From Patescibacteria group bacterium (GTDB lineage Bacteria; Patescibacteriota; UBA1384; 2-12-FULL-50-11; DASWYB01), in contig JBGPML010000002.1 in the NCBI GenBank assembly GCA_041486955.1, positions 1 through 39,904 of the forward strand: a DNA stretch of 39,904 nucleotides. Direction: 5' to 3'. The first letter of the stretch is position 1. Each line of letters opens with the position of its first letter. A program made the position numbers and the translations under genes. Under the pieces are notes generated by a model. It was given only the letters and a program-made list of their open reading frames with translations. It did not search any database and had not been told where the DNA came from. Below, piece by piece: positions 17,023-25,563 of the stretch.

Positions 17023-17899
17023 GAGCAATCGTTTCTTGAAGAGCCGTGTCGCGTAATTTATGTGTAATTGCGTCGATATCACCATCAAGAATTTTATCTA
17101 AATTATGCCATGATTGGTTGATTCGGTGGTCTGTCACCCGGTCCTGTGGGAAATTATAGGTTCGGATCTTGTCGCTGCGATCGCCTGATCCAATCATGGA
17201 ACGGCGGGCATCGCCAGTTTCCTGCAGTTTTTTCTCGTCTTCAACCTGCTTAATACGGCTGCGTAGGACCTTCATGGCTTTATCGCGATTTTTTAATTGG
17301 GACCGCTCATCTTGGCAGGTCACGACAATACCGGTGGGAATGTGGGTGATTCGGACTGCGGAATCAGTTGTATTCACTCCCTGCCCACCTTTGCCGCTAG
17401 CCCGGTAGACATCAATCCGCAAATCCTGGGGGTTAATCGTGAAGTCATGCTCTTCTACTTCGGGCAAAACAACAACAGAAGCCGCGGACGTATGAATACG
17501 GCCTGATTTTTCCGTTTTAGGAATGCGTTGAACGCGATGAACGCCACCTTCCCATTTTAGGAGTGGATAGGCATTCGCTCCTTTTATTTCCGCCACCGCT
17601 AACTTAATCCCACCAAGTGGAGAATCGTTATGCTCGATTAAATCGACTCGCCAACCCTGCCTTTCAGCGTAACGGAGGTACATACGGAAGAGGGAACTGG
17701 CAAACAACTCGGCCTCTTCCCCACCGGTCCCAGCGCGTACCTCAAGAATGGCAGGTTTATTACTATCGGGCTCAGTTGCCAGCATCTGCTCTTTAACTTG
17801 ATCAAGCTCTTGGTTGACCAATTCGACAAATTCTGGGTCGTGATTAGATGCCAACATAGCTTGCAGCTCTTGATATTGACGTATCAGTTCTTGGTTCAT
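16991..17899 (-). CDS. prfA: peptide chain release factor 1 (short N-terminal domain)
   Basis: GGQ motif ([11 protein letters not shown]). RF1-type tripeptide region [18 protein letters not shown] (PxT as PKT). EVRAGTGG lies at ~residue 53. Confidence 0.9.
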   Translation of the reverse strand: MNQELIRQYQELQAMLASNHDPEFVELVNQELDQVKEQMLATEPDSNKPAILEVRAGTGGEEAELFASSLFRMYLRYAERQGWRVDLIEHNDSPLGGIKLAVAEIKGANAYPLLKWEGGVHRVQRIPKTEKSGRIHTSAASVVVLPEVEEHDFTINPQDLRIDVYRASGKGGQGVNTTDSAVRITHIPTGIVVTCQDERSQLKNRDKAMKVLRSRIKQVEDEKKLQETGDARRSMIGSGDRSDKIRTYNFPQDRVTDHRINQSWHNLDKILDGDIDAITHKLRDTALQETIAHEINHQTVAE

Positions 17900-17937
17900 T
17901 ACTGGCTCATTTTAACATAAGATTATAACTTCGGGTA

Positions 17938-17971
17938 TGAAAAAGCGCCTCTCACCCGAAGGTGAAAGGCG
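17938..17971 (-). terminator. rho-independent terminator with UUCG tetraloop (after HAF-like gene 1)
   Basis: Minus-strand RNA is GCGCCUUUCACC-UUCG-GGUGAGAGGCGC followed by UUUUU. Confidence 0.75.
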
Positions 17972-18001
17972 CTTGAGAGGAGGAGCGGAAACCGTAAAAG
18001 G

Positions 18002-19126
18002 TTAGCGGGGGATGAGGATGATGTCGATGCCATCGAATCCATCCCCGGGGTAGACGCTTGCTTGGATGATACCGTTCCGAATGTCCACGGGGTAGATTCC
18101 CGTGATACCGAGCTTAGTATCGATCGAGCTATCAAGGGAGATCATCGATCCGTTGGCGCGGCGTAGGAACCCAACCCCATTCTGCACGCCCACGGTATTC
18201 ATTGCGTCATCAACAGCGTTCGCCTGGGAGAGGTATCCAAGCCCGAGATCTTTGCGACCCTTGGCGGAAAACATGACCGCACGGGACATATAACCGAACA
18301 GGCTCGGTCGACGACTGTAGTCGAAGATCGTTCCGACGGCGGCGGTCCCGGCCGGGTTGATAGACGAAATCGAGACGTTCCCGAGATCGCCGACCCTCCC
18401 GTTCAGTTCCCACACATACGAATGAGTCGATCCATTGTCGTCGTAAGACTCAACCACGACCTTGCCGTTGGCCGAGATCCCGTGGGCGGTACCGTAGATA
18501 TGGTGCCCGTTGAGGATCATTTCTTCATGAGCACCACTGTTCAGGGTGGTTCGCACGATATACCCGCTATTCTCATCGCTGGGGTCGTACAATGTTCCGA
18601 CGACGATTCCGTTGTCGCTGATCAGTTCCGGGTTGAAATTCGGGTCGAAGAAGTGCAGCTCTTGACTGCCGGCACTGGTGAACAGCATTGGCACCGTTGT
18701 GCCAGGGTCAAACATCGACTCTCCCGCGAAGTGGCGGAGGCCGATGAATTGGCCTTTGCTGTTTCCTCCGGAAATTATCGTGTCGAGGGGGAACTCCCGC
18801 GTGACTTTGAACGTGCCGTTGACGACCTTGCCGATCTTGGCCTCGATAATTGGCCCAGAAACTTCGGAGGGATCTCCGGGGCCGTCAGGGTGAGTCTCGT
18901 AATAGTGCTGGGCGGCGGAGAAGTCGAACTGTGTGAGTCCGACGGTTCCATCTGCCGCGATAGCGGCGATGTAGTGGTGACTGGGGAGTGCAGCGACGTT
19001 GAATACGATGGGGCCCTGCTTGATCGCCTTTTTCGGCGGAAGCAGCCCGGGGCCGCCGGCGTGAACCGGCTGAGCCACGACCGCAAGGGTGACGACTGCA
19101 AGTGCGGCGGTAAAAACCTTCTTCAT
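18002..19126 (-). CDS. secreted repeat protein, HAF-like extracellular repeat family (paralog 1)
   Basis: Signal peptide MKKVFTAALAVVTLAVVAQPVHA. Repeated I(S/N)xxGxxVG...(H/R)S(Y/L)(V/I)W..NG..DLG units. SD AGGAGA. GC-rich relative to neighbours. Confidence 0.6.
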   Translation of the reverse strand: MKKVFTAALAVVTLAVVAQPVHAGGPGLLPPKKAIKQGPIVFNVAALPSHHYIAAIAADGTVGLTQFDFSAAQHYYETHPDGPGDPSEVSGPIIEAKIGKVVNGTFKVTREFPLDTIISGGNSKGQFIGLRHFAGESMFDPGTTVPMLFTSAGSQELHFFDPNFNPELISDNGIVVGTLYDPSDENSGYIVRTTLNSGAHEEMILNGHHIYGTAHGISANGKVVVESYDDNGSTHSYVWELNGRVGDLGNVSISSINPAGTAAVGTIFDYSRRPSLFGYMSRAVMFSAKGRKDLGLGYLSQANAVDDAMNTVGVQNGVGFLRRANGSMISLDSSIDTKLGITGIYPVDIRNGIIQASVYPGDGFDGIDIILIPR

Positions 19127-19257
19127 TCTCTATGTCTCCTGGATCGGGCGCTATGGTGAGCGCGTTGTTAAGGTATTGCGTTTAGTTGACTGCTTAACAG
19201 CTTGTCTCCTTACGCAACGATGCTAAAGACTATACCACAAAAGGAGGAGTTTGTCAA

Positions 19258-19462
19258 TCCCCTAGGGCCTAAGCTGGGTAATGTCCATCGGATATCAGCT
19301 AATTGGCCTAATAGTATATGAATAGGGATATTCCCTGATCCAGGATAAGGCCTAGGAATGCGCTTTATGGCCTTTGACTGGATGTTTTCGAGGATGGGTT
19401 TTATTAGAGCTCTTCCCTGAAAAAGGGCCCAAAAAGCCGTTTTAAAGGCATTTAGGGCCTAT
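19258..19462. repeat. cluster of six GGCC(T/C)-centred motifs (tAGGGCCTAa-like) in the spacer between the two HAF-like genes
   Basis: Occurrences at 19266, 19305, 19349, 19369, 19425 and 19456, read directly. Several are part of the near-palindrome TAGGCCTA. Confidence 0.5.
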
Positions 19463-19480
19463 TTAAGGGGTGTCTGGTAT

Positions 19481-19514
19481 GAAAAAGCGCCTCCCACCCG
19501 AAGGTGGAAGGCGG
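19481..19514 (-). terminator. rho-independent terminator, near-identical copy of 17938-17971 (after HAF-like gene 2)
   Basis: ggtatgaaaaagcgcctcCcacccgaaggtgGaaggcg versus ggtatgaaaaagcgcctcTcacccgaaggtgAaaggcg. The two differences are compensatory in the stem. Confidence 0.7.
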
Positions 19515-19533
19515 AAAACGGTGAAGCGCACGC

Positions 19534-20676
19534 CTATGGTCCTCTTGGGATGAGGACGATCTGTACGAATCGTCCGAGGCCGTCAAAAGCTGAGCCTTCA
19601 ATGAGACCCTGGTTGGTAATTCTCCAAGCATGGAGATTTGACAGACCGAGCTGGCGATCGATAGAGCTTTCCAGATTGATGATCTGGCCGTCTCTGATCA
19701 ATACCGAAGCGCCATTTTGCTCGCCGATAATCCAGCCAGCATTGTTCACGCTCCAGGCGGAGCTGTTGAAACGGAGCCCGACGATATTCTGTAGGCCGGC
19801 TGTCGAATAGCGAACAGCCATGGACATGACTCCACTTATTTCATTGCTTCCCACGAACTGGATCGTTGCCCACATCGAGCCCACAGCAGTCGTTCCAGCC
19901 GAGTTGATGGCCGCCATTTCGATCTGGCTGAACAACTCAACTGATCCATTCGCTCGCCAGATGAGGGATCGCCGCATGTAGGGGGAACTCTCTGGCTCCA
20001 GGGTGACAATCGCATCTCCATTGTCAGCAATGGAAATGGCTTGCCCATTGACCGACTGCCCGTTGATGCGTAATTCGATGGGACGCTTGCCATCGAGCGT
20101 TGAACTGAACACTCGGCCAGTCGTGACTCCGGTGATGGGTCGGAAGAAATCACCTAGGGGTGGAACTACGCCGACCATTCTCACCGGACTTAGCACCTGT
20201 GGCCGAAAATCGGGGTGAAACAACGGTAGGTCTCGGATGCCATCTGGTGAGATCAAAACCGGTACGTCGGACTCAATCGCAAATGGGGTTTGGGTCGAGA
20301 TCGAGCGAGTTCCGAGGTAGTTTCCTCGGCCATCTCCTCCACTCAGCATCGTGATGCCAGGCGGGGTTCGATACACTGTCTCAAACCCACCCTCGCGCAG
20401 TTGGAGAATGGCTGCCGAGTACTTCGCAATCGGGGGATACACAAATCTATCTCCCTGGATTCCTTCCCAGTCGAATCCAAAGCCCATCATACTTACGCCC
20501 AGCAACCCATTCTCTGAGATTCCATGGCTGTACGTCCGCCACGGGAGTTGCATGACATCGTACAAAATCTGACCTTGGCCCGGGTCCGAACGGGGTGGAT
20601 CAGGTTTGTCGCCGTACGTTAAGGCGACAGCAGCGAGCAGCAGCAAGACAATCCACGTTCCTCTTACCAGTCTCAT
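19534..20676 (-). CDS. secreted repeat protein, HAF-like extracellular repeat family (paralog 2)
   Basis: Start taken at MRLVRGTWIVLLLLAAVALTYG (GGAGAG SD). Same architecture and C-terminal ...LIPR ending as paralog 1. Motifs AINSAGTTAVG, VNNAGWIIG, ITNQGLIEG. Confidence 0.6.
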   Translation of the reverse strand: MRLVRGTWIVLLLLAAVALTYGDKPDPPRSDPGQGQILYDVMQLPWRTYSHGISENGLLGVSMMGFGFDWEGIQGDRFVYPPIAKYSAAILQLREGGFETVYRTPPGITMLSGGDGRGNYLGTRSISTQTPFAIESDVPVLISPDGIRDLPLFHPDFRPQVLSPVRMVGVVPPLGDFFRPITGVTTGRVFSSTLDGKRPIELRINGQSVNGQAISIADNGDAIVTLEPESSPYMRRSLIWRANGSVELFSQIEMAAINSAGTTAVGSMWATIQFVGSNEISGVMSMAVRYSTAGLQNIVGLRFNSSAWSVNNAGWIIGEQNGASVLIRDGQIINLESSIDRQLGLSNLHAWRITNQGLIEGSAFDGLGRFVQIVLIPRGP

Positions 20677-20846
20677 GGGACTCTCCACACAAAGCGAGAC
20701 AGCTTCGTTGACTCCTTAGTGGCAACTATCTGCCAACAGGATTGATGGTATCATTGTTACCTTATGAGGTAAATACGCTTTTTGAGTTAATGAAAAAGTG
20801 TTGTTGTGGCGTGAGTATTCTCTATAAGCTATGCATCGAATTGTCA

Positions 20847-20875
20847 TTGACAGGTTAAGAGAAATTTTGTATCAT
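20847..20875 (+). promoter_or_regulatory. sigma70-like promoter TTGACA-17-TATCAT upstream of rpmE
   Basis: Read directly. Same hexamer pair as the putative 16S promoter. Confidence 0.5.
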
Positions 20876-20897
20876 TGACCTGTTATATTTAAAAACT

Positions 20898-21137
20898 ATG
20901 CCTAAAACTTCTATTCATCCTCAATACTTCACCGACTCAAAAGTAACCTGTTCTTGCGGCGCTTCCTATACAATGGGCAGCACAAAGGACAGTTTAAAGG
21001 TTGATATTTGCAAAGAATGTCATCCTTATTATTCAGGCAATCAGAAGTTTATTGATACAGCTGGTCGAGTTGACCGATTCCGCGAAAAAGTAAAAGCGGC
21101 CGAAACTCGTAAATCTGCCAAGACACCGAAGAAATAG
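20898..21137 (+). CDS. rpmE: 50S ribosomal protein L31
   Basis: MPKTSIHPQY...CSCG...CKECHPYYSG zinc-ribbon type L31. Confidence 0.95.
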   Translation: MPKTSIHPQYFTDSKVTCSCGASYTMGSTKDSLKVDICKECHPYYSGNQKFIDTAGRVDRFREKVKAAETRKSAKTPKK

Positions 21138-21164
21138 TTGATCTGGAAAGGAATTAGTTTACGT

Positions 21165-21932
21165 ATGCATCCAATTACTCTTGAAGAACTCTACAACGTC
21201 GGTCTCCACTACGGCCACAAAAAAGAGCACTCAACACCGATGACTAAACCGTTTGTTTACTCTGTTCGTGACGGTATTTGTGTGATCGATTTAAATCAGA
21301 CGAAAGATCGATTAGAAGAAGCGTTGGAAATCTTGAAAAAAGCCGCTGCTGCCGGCGAAACGGTTCTTTTTGTTGGAACCAAGAAGCAGGCTCGTCCGAT
21401 GGTAACGGCTTTAGCTCAGGCGTTAGGTATGCCGTATGTTACCAACCGATGGCCAGGAGGTATGTTAACTAACTTTACGACGATCCGTAAGAGTCTCGAT
21501 CATCTCGAAGAGCTTGAAAAATTAGCCCAAGCACCGGAATTCGCTCAACTAAAGAAGCGAGAACAAAAACGGATACAGGATGAAATCGATAAGCTTCACC
21601 GTTCTTTTGATGGTATTAAAGATATGTCGAAATTGCCTGACGTACTATTTATTATCGACGGCCGTAACGAATCAATCGCGATTGAAGAGGCGAATCGATT
21701 AGGCGTTATGACTATCGCGACCATTGATACCAATGGCGACCCAACAAAATTAGATATGTTTATTCCTTCGAATGATGATGCTCCACGCGGCATTAAATAT
21801 ATGCTCCAACGAATAGGCGAAGCAATGAGTGAAGGATTGAACAAGCCATGGACTATTCCGGCCGAACTCGAAGTATCGACCGATATTCCTTCTACGATTA
21901 AGAAAGTGAGCACCTCGAATGGCAACACTTGA
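21165..21932 (+). CDS. rpsB: 30S ribosomal protein S2
   Basis: LYNVGLHYGHKKEH, VLFVGTKKQA, RWPGGMLTN, DTN.DP blocks. Start taken at ATG 21165. Confidence 0.93.
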   Translation: MHPITLEELYNVGLHYGHKKEHSTPMTKPFVYSVRDGICVIDLNQTKDRLEEALEILKKAAAAGETVLFVGTKKQARPMVTALAQALGMPYVTNRWPGGMLTNFTTIRKSLDHLEELEKLAQAPEFAQLKKREQKRIQDEIDKLHRSFDGIKDMSKLPDVLFIIDGRNESIAIEEANRLGVMTIATIDTNGDPTKLDMFIPSNDDAPRGIKYMLQRIGEAMSEGLNKPWTIPAELEVSTDIPSTIKKVSTSNGNT

Positions 21933-22374
21933 AGTTATTAAACAATTACGTGAAGAAACCGGTTTCGGGGTGATGGATATTAACCGGGCTCTGGAAGAGG
22001 CCAACGGAGATGTTGACGCGGCCCGCAAAATTTTGAAAGAAAAAAGCGCCATGATTGTGGCAAAAAAAGCTGATCGTACGACAAAGCAGGGATTAGTCGA
22101 AACTTACTCTCATCTTGGCCGGATTGGCGCTATGGTCGAGGTTAATTGCGAAACAGACTTTGTAGCTCGGAATGAAGATTTTAAAACGTTTGTTCATGAT
22201 TTAGTCCTTCATGTTGCATCAATGAATCCTACCGACGTCGAAGACTTGATGACTCAACCATTTTTCAAAGATGAGTCTATGACTATTCGTCAGATGGTTG
22301 ATCAACTGGTGGGTAAAATTGGCGAAAATATTCAGATTCGCCGGTTTGTTCGTTTCTCACTCGGGGAAGAGTAG
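21919..22374 (+). CDS. tsf: elongation factor Ts (short form, 151 aa)
   Basis: N-terminal UBA-like IKQLREETGFGVMDINRALEEANGDVDAARKILKEK, then VEVNCETDFVARNEDF. Overlaps the rpsB 3' end. Confidence 0.85.
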   Translation: MATLEVIKQLREETGFGVMDINRALEEANGDVDAARKILKEKSAMIVAKKADRTTKQGLVETYSHLGRIGAMVEVNCETDFVARNEDFKTFVHDLVLHVASMNPTDVEDLMTQPFFKDESMTIRQMVDQLVGKIGENIQIRRFVRFSLGEE

Positions 22375-22392
22375 GTTACATGGGGGAACTAA

Positions 22393-22419
22393 AAGCCGGT
22401 AACATGCTTACCGGCTTTT
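22393..22419 (+). terminator. rho-independent terminator after tsf
   Basis: aagccggtaa-catgc-ttaccggctt followed by tt(a)t. Confidence 0.65.
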
Positions 22420-22494
22420 ATGGTATAGTAAGGGCAAATTTTCTATGTACGGAATACCGAATGAGTCATATATCCCCCAAACGATAGGAGCCCT

Positions 22495-23049
22495 ATGGCT
22501 GACACCATGCACGATATGAAGCGGCAAATGCAGGAAGTTCTCGATCATGTAAAAACAGAATTTGGTGCGGTGCGGACCGGTCGAGCCAGTGCTTCATTGG
22601 TTGATTTATTGCCAGTTCAGTATTACGGCACCACAATGCCGCTTAAACAGCTTGCATCCATCGCGATCCCTGAACCGACTATTATTCTCATTCAGCCATG
22701 GGATCCGCAATCGATTAATGATATTGAATTAGCCATTCGTAATAGCAGTCTCGGTTTGTCGCCCGTTAATGAAGGTACGCAGTTACGCATTGTGTTGCCA
22801 CCTTTAACCGAGGAACGCCGTAATGAGCTGGTTAAAACAGTCCATCAGAAGGCAGAAGCTGGTAAAGTCGCGTTACGAAATATCCGAAAAGAAGTATGGG
22901 ATTTGGTTCAAAAACAGGTAAAATCGGGTGAACTGACAGAAGATGATCGCTATAGCTACGAAGAAGATTTAAATAAAACGATAGAACAGTTTAATCGCGA
23001 AATTGAGGGGTTAGTCGCAGAAAAAGAGAAAGAACTGCGTACTATATAA
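22495..23049 (+). CDS. frr: ribosome recycling factor
   Basis: 184 aa. RTGRASASLVD...V.YYG...PL.QLA.I, PLTEERR..L.K and DL.Q. blocks typical of RRF. Confidence 0.95.
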   Translation: MADTMHDMKRQMQEVLDHVKTEFGAVRTGRASASLVDLLPVQYYGTTMPLKQLASIAIPEPTIILIQPWDPQSINDIELAIRNSSLGLSPVNEGTQLRIVLPPLTEERRNELVKTVHQKAEAGKVALRNIRKEVWDLVQKQVKSGELTEDDRYSYEEDLNKTIEQFNREIEGLVAEKEKELRTI

Positions 23050-23056
23050 AAATGTA

Positions 23057-23091
23057 AGATCCCTCGCCACGGCCAGGGATCTTTTCTGTTT
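23057..23091 (+). terminator. terminator hairpin after frr
   Basis: agatccct-N10-agggatct followed by tttctgttt. Confidence 0.65.
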
Positions 23092-23288
23092 CATCTCTTG
23101 CGATGACGATATCTCTCTAGTCCAGCTGCGACGGCGAGTGCCCTGATCGCGAGAAGGAGGACCATTCCCCAGCCCCATTCTTGCACGAAATATCGGAGTT
23201 CAAGCCGCCAGAAAAGATAGAGCGCGAATCCCAGAAAACCCAACTCAAACCACAAGAGCGTAGTCTGAATCCACGTGAATCTTTTCAT
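23091..23288 (-). CDS. hypothetical small membrane protein (65 aa, two TM helices)
   Basis: SD AAGGGGA 4 nt before the ATG. Two hydrophobic helices and a basic C-terminus. Confidence 0.45.
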   Translation of the reverse strand: MKRFTWIQTTLLWFELGFLGFALYLFWRLELRYFVQEWGWGMVLLLAIRALAVAAGLERYRHRKR

Positions 23289-23369
23289 TGTTCCCCTTAT
23301 TATCCGAAGTTATACGACAGTCCCACGGTTTCATGCTACACTGCAAAATATATATAGTACAATAATTAT

Positions 23370-24473
23370 ATGTTTATTACCCTTATAATTTTTATATTTA
23401 TTTTAGGATTACTTGTTTTCGTCCATGAGTTCGGCCATTTTTGGGTCGCTAAACGAGTTGGCGTTAAGGTTCACGAGTTTGCCTTTGGCTTTAAACCGCG
23501 TCTTGTTTCATGGAAACGGGGAGGAACAGAATATGCCATCAATGCAATTCCGCTTGGTGGCTACGTCAAGTTAGAAGGGGAATCTGAAGATAGCGGGAAA
23601 GCAGGATCATTTTTAGCTCAAAGTGTGGGAAAACGGGCCCTCATTCTCATCGCCGGGGTGTTGATGAATCTCGTATTAGCGTGGCTGTTGCTGACAATGA
23701 GCTATATTATTGGTTCATATCCGCTCAGTATGACGTATCATAAACATCCTGGCGTGATTAACGAGGGTGGCGTTATTGTTGTTGATGTAAAACCAAATAG
23801 TCCAGCTGAAACGGCCGGAATCCAATCCGGTGATGCGATCCTTGAAATTAATGGTGAACCAATTACCGAGACACAAACTGTGACTGATCGGATTAAGGAA
23901 CTATCCGGACAGGAAATTACCGTTAAATTGCTCAGGAAAGACATGAAGTTTGATACCAAGGCGACGCCCCGGGTTAATCCGCCGATGGGGGAAGGTGCGT
24001 TGGGGATTGGGACCGGGGTGTCTATCCACTCACGTGCGTTATGGTATAAAGCCCCTTACGTTGCCCTGCTTGAACTCGGTAGTGAAATTCAGTCCGCGTT
24101 TATTGGTTTTATTGGCTTTGTGCAGCAATTGGTAGTAAAACAAGAGGTCAATAAAGACGTCAGTGGAATCGTTGGGATTGGTGCCGCGACCGGCATTGTC
24201 CGTCGGCTAGGTATTGGCCCACTTTTAGCTTTTACCGCCCTTATTAGTACCAATTTAGCGGTAATTAATATTTTGCCATTCTTACCTCTCGATGGTGGCC
24301 ACCTTTTGTTTGTCGGTCTTGAAGCGCTACGTCGAAAACCCGTAGCTCAAATGTACCGCCAGTGGTTTTCTATGGCTGGACTTGCAGCGATTATGTTGCT
24401 TTTCGTTATTGTGACCTATCAAGACGTGCTAAATTTTGCTCTCGTTGATCGAATCAAACAGCTCTTTTCCTAG
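23370..24473 (+). CDS. rseP: RIP site-2 zinc metalloprotease RseP (M50 family) with PDZ
   Basis: HEFGHFWVAK (HExxH), PDZ NSPAETAGIQSGDAILEINGE, LPFLPLDGGH motif. A -10-like TACAAT ends 6 nt before the ATG. Confidence 0.9.
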   Translation: MFITLIIFIFILGLLVFVHEFGHFWVAKRVGVKVHEFAFGFKPRLVSWKRGGTEYAINAIPLGGYVKLEGESEDSGKAGSFLAQSVGKRALILIAGVLMNLVLAWLLLTMSYIIGSYPLSMTYHKHPGVINEGGVIVVDVKPNSPAETAGIQSGDAILEINGEPITETQTVTDRIKELSGQEITVKLLRKDMKFDTKATPRVNPPMGEGALGIGTGVSIHSRALWYKAPYVALLELGSEIQSAFIGFIGFVQQLVVKQEVNKDVSGIVGIGAATGIVRRLGIGPLLAFTALISTNLAVINILPFLPLDGGHLLFVGLEALRRKPVAQMYRQWFSMAGLAAIMLLFVIVTYQDVLNFALVDRIKQLFS

Positions 24474-25447
24474 TCTGTGTCTTGCTTCAATTGTTGGCAG
24501 AGAAGCGACAAAGCTTCCTGGTTATTGGTGATAAGGTCTTTGGACAAATTTTTTAATGTCTCAATATTCTCTGGCGATGTATTATCAAACGAACTGCTCT
24601 CAGGTGTCAGGGTAGGTTGAAACCGATAATATCGATTGGCCATCGTGTTGCCAGTCGGGAGTAATTGCCATAACTGTTGATCGACAGCACTACTAATACC
24701 ATCGAGCACAACACTAAAAACCGGGCGAGCCCACTGGGCTACCCCCCATCCCTTTGCCTGATGGTAGAGAATTGGTTGGGTTAGTTCACCTGTGCCGAGC
24801 GAGACAATCATAAAATCTTCTTCCGAGGGAAACATTTTTCTGGCTTCGGCATAGGCACATAAGGCCGGATTATTGGCAAAAACTCCACCGTCCACAAAAC
24901 TGTAAAAGTCAGATCGCGCAATATCTTGAACACGTGCTGGTTCGAAGAATGTCGGTGCAGCCGTGGTTGAGTAAACGACATCTTTCATAAAAAAGTTATT
25001 CTTGTCGTCTCCTTTCGCTGACTCGCTGCGGAAGAAGTAGGCCGTTCGCTTTTCTATTTCATAGGCTGTAATTAAAACCGGAGTTATAGCCTGATCAAGT
25101 CGCGTTTCACCATAATAACCTTCCATGATTTCATGGAGTCCGGCGGAGGAAAACTTTTCCTCGAATAGGATGTCAACGGGATTGAATTTTTGTGATAGGG
25201 TTCGTGAAAAGATTCTTGGACAGTTCTTTTCATATAAAATGGCTCCGGCCGCAGCTGAATCTTGTGGATTACCGTTGGCATCTGGTTTCACAAAGCCAAG
25301 GGCTAAATTACCTCCGGTGGAACTTCCTGCTATCAAATCAAATAAACGGGCGATTGGTTTCCCCGTCATGGCCTCGATCTCAGCTAAAATTAATGCAGGA
25401 ATAATCCCGCGTACTCCACCGCCGTCTATCGAAAGAATTTTTATCAT
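24470..25447 (-). CDS. patatin-like phospholipase
   Basis: Oxyanion GGGVRG, nucleophile GSSTGG (GxSxG), DGG(V) catalytic Asp motif. The start could be GTG at 25474 instead of ATG 25447. Confidence 0.85.
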   Translation of the reverse strand: MIKILSIDGGGVRGIIPALILAEIEAMTGKPIARLFDLIAGSSTGGNLALGFVKPDANGNPQDSAAAGAILYEKNCPRIFSRTLSQKFNPVDILFEEKFSSAGLHEIMEGYYGETRLDQAITPVLITAYEIEKRTAYFFRSESAKGDDKNNFFMKDVVYSTTAAPTFFEPARVQDIARSDFYSFVDGGVFANNPALCAYAEARKMFPSEEDFMIVSLGTGELTQPILYHQAKGWGVAQWARPVFSVVLDGISSAVDQQLWQLLPTGNTMANRYYRFQPTLTPESSSFDNTSPENIETLKNLSKDLITNNQEALSLLCQQLKQDTD

Positions 25448-25510
25448 TGTACCTAGAGTATATGTTAATTCCACACCTGTCGTAAAGAGATTCTGCTGGG
25501 CATCGTTTGG

Positions 25511-25539
25511 TTTACATTTAACCTGCCATCGAGTAATAT
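25511..25539 (+). promoter_or_regulatory. possible promoter TTTACA-17-TAATAT upstream of proS
   Basis: Read directly; no experimental support. Confidence 0.35.
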
Positions 25540-25563
25540 TCGGATAGACTAGTAAATATAACT

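Noticed and set aside
18102-19159. Plus-strand ORFs antisense to HAF-like gene 1 (for example 18422-19159, 245 aa), plus several 60-110 aa ORFs on both strands across 18.0-20.6 kb
   Set aside because: They overlap the much better supported minus-strand genes, which have signal peptides, SD sites, terminators and paralogy. They have low-complexity Arg/Gly/Val-rich sequences and are the expected by-product of GC-rich DNA.
20790-20800. Third partial copy (atgaaaaagtg) of the start of the HAF terminator module, as a possible island boundary repeat
   Set aside because: It matches only ~10 nt in an A-rich context, which could easily be chance. It is mentioned only as a weak lead.
24470-25474. Patatin gene as the effector of a CBASS-like system
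   Set aside because: No cyclase/nucleotidyltransferase, SMODS, or ubiquitin-like accessory genes are adjacent. The neighbours are rseP and proS.
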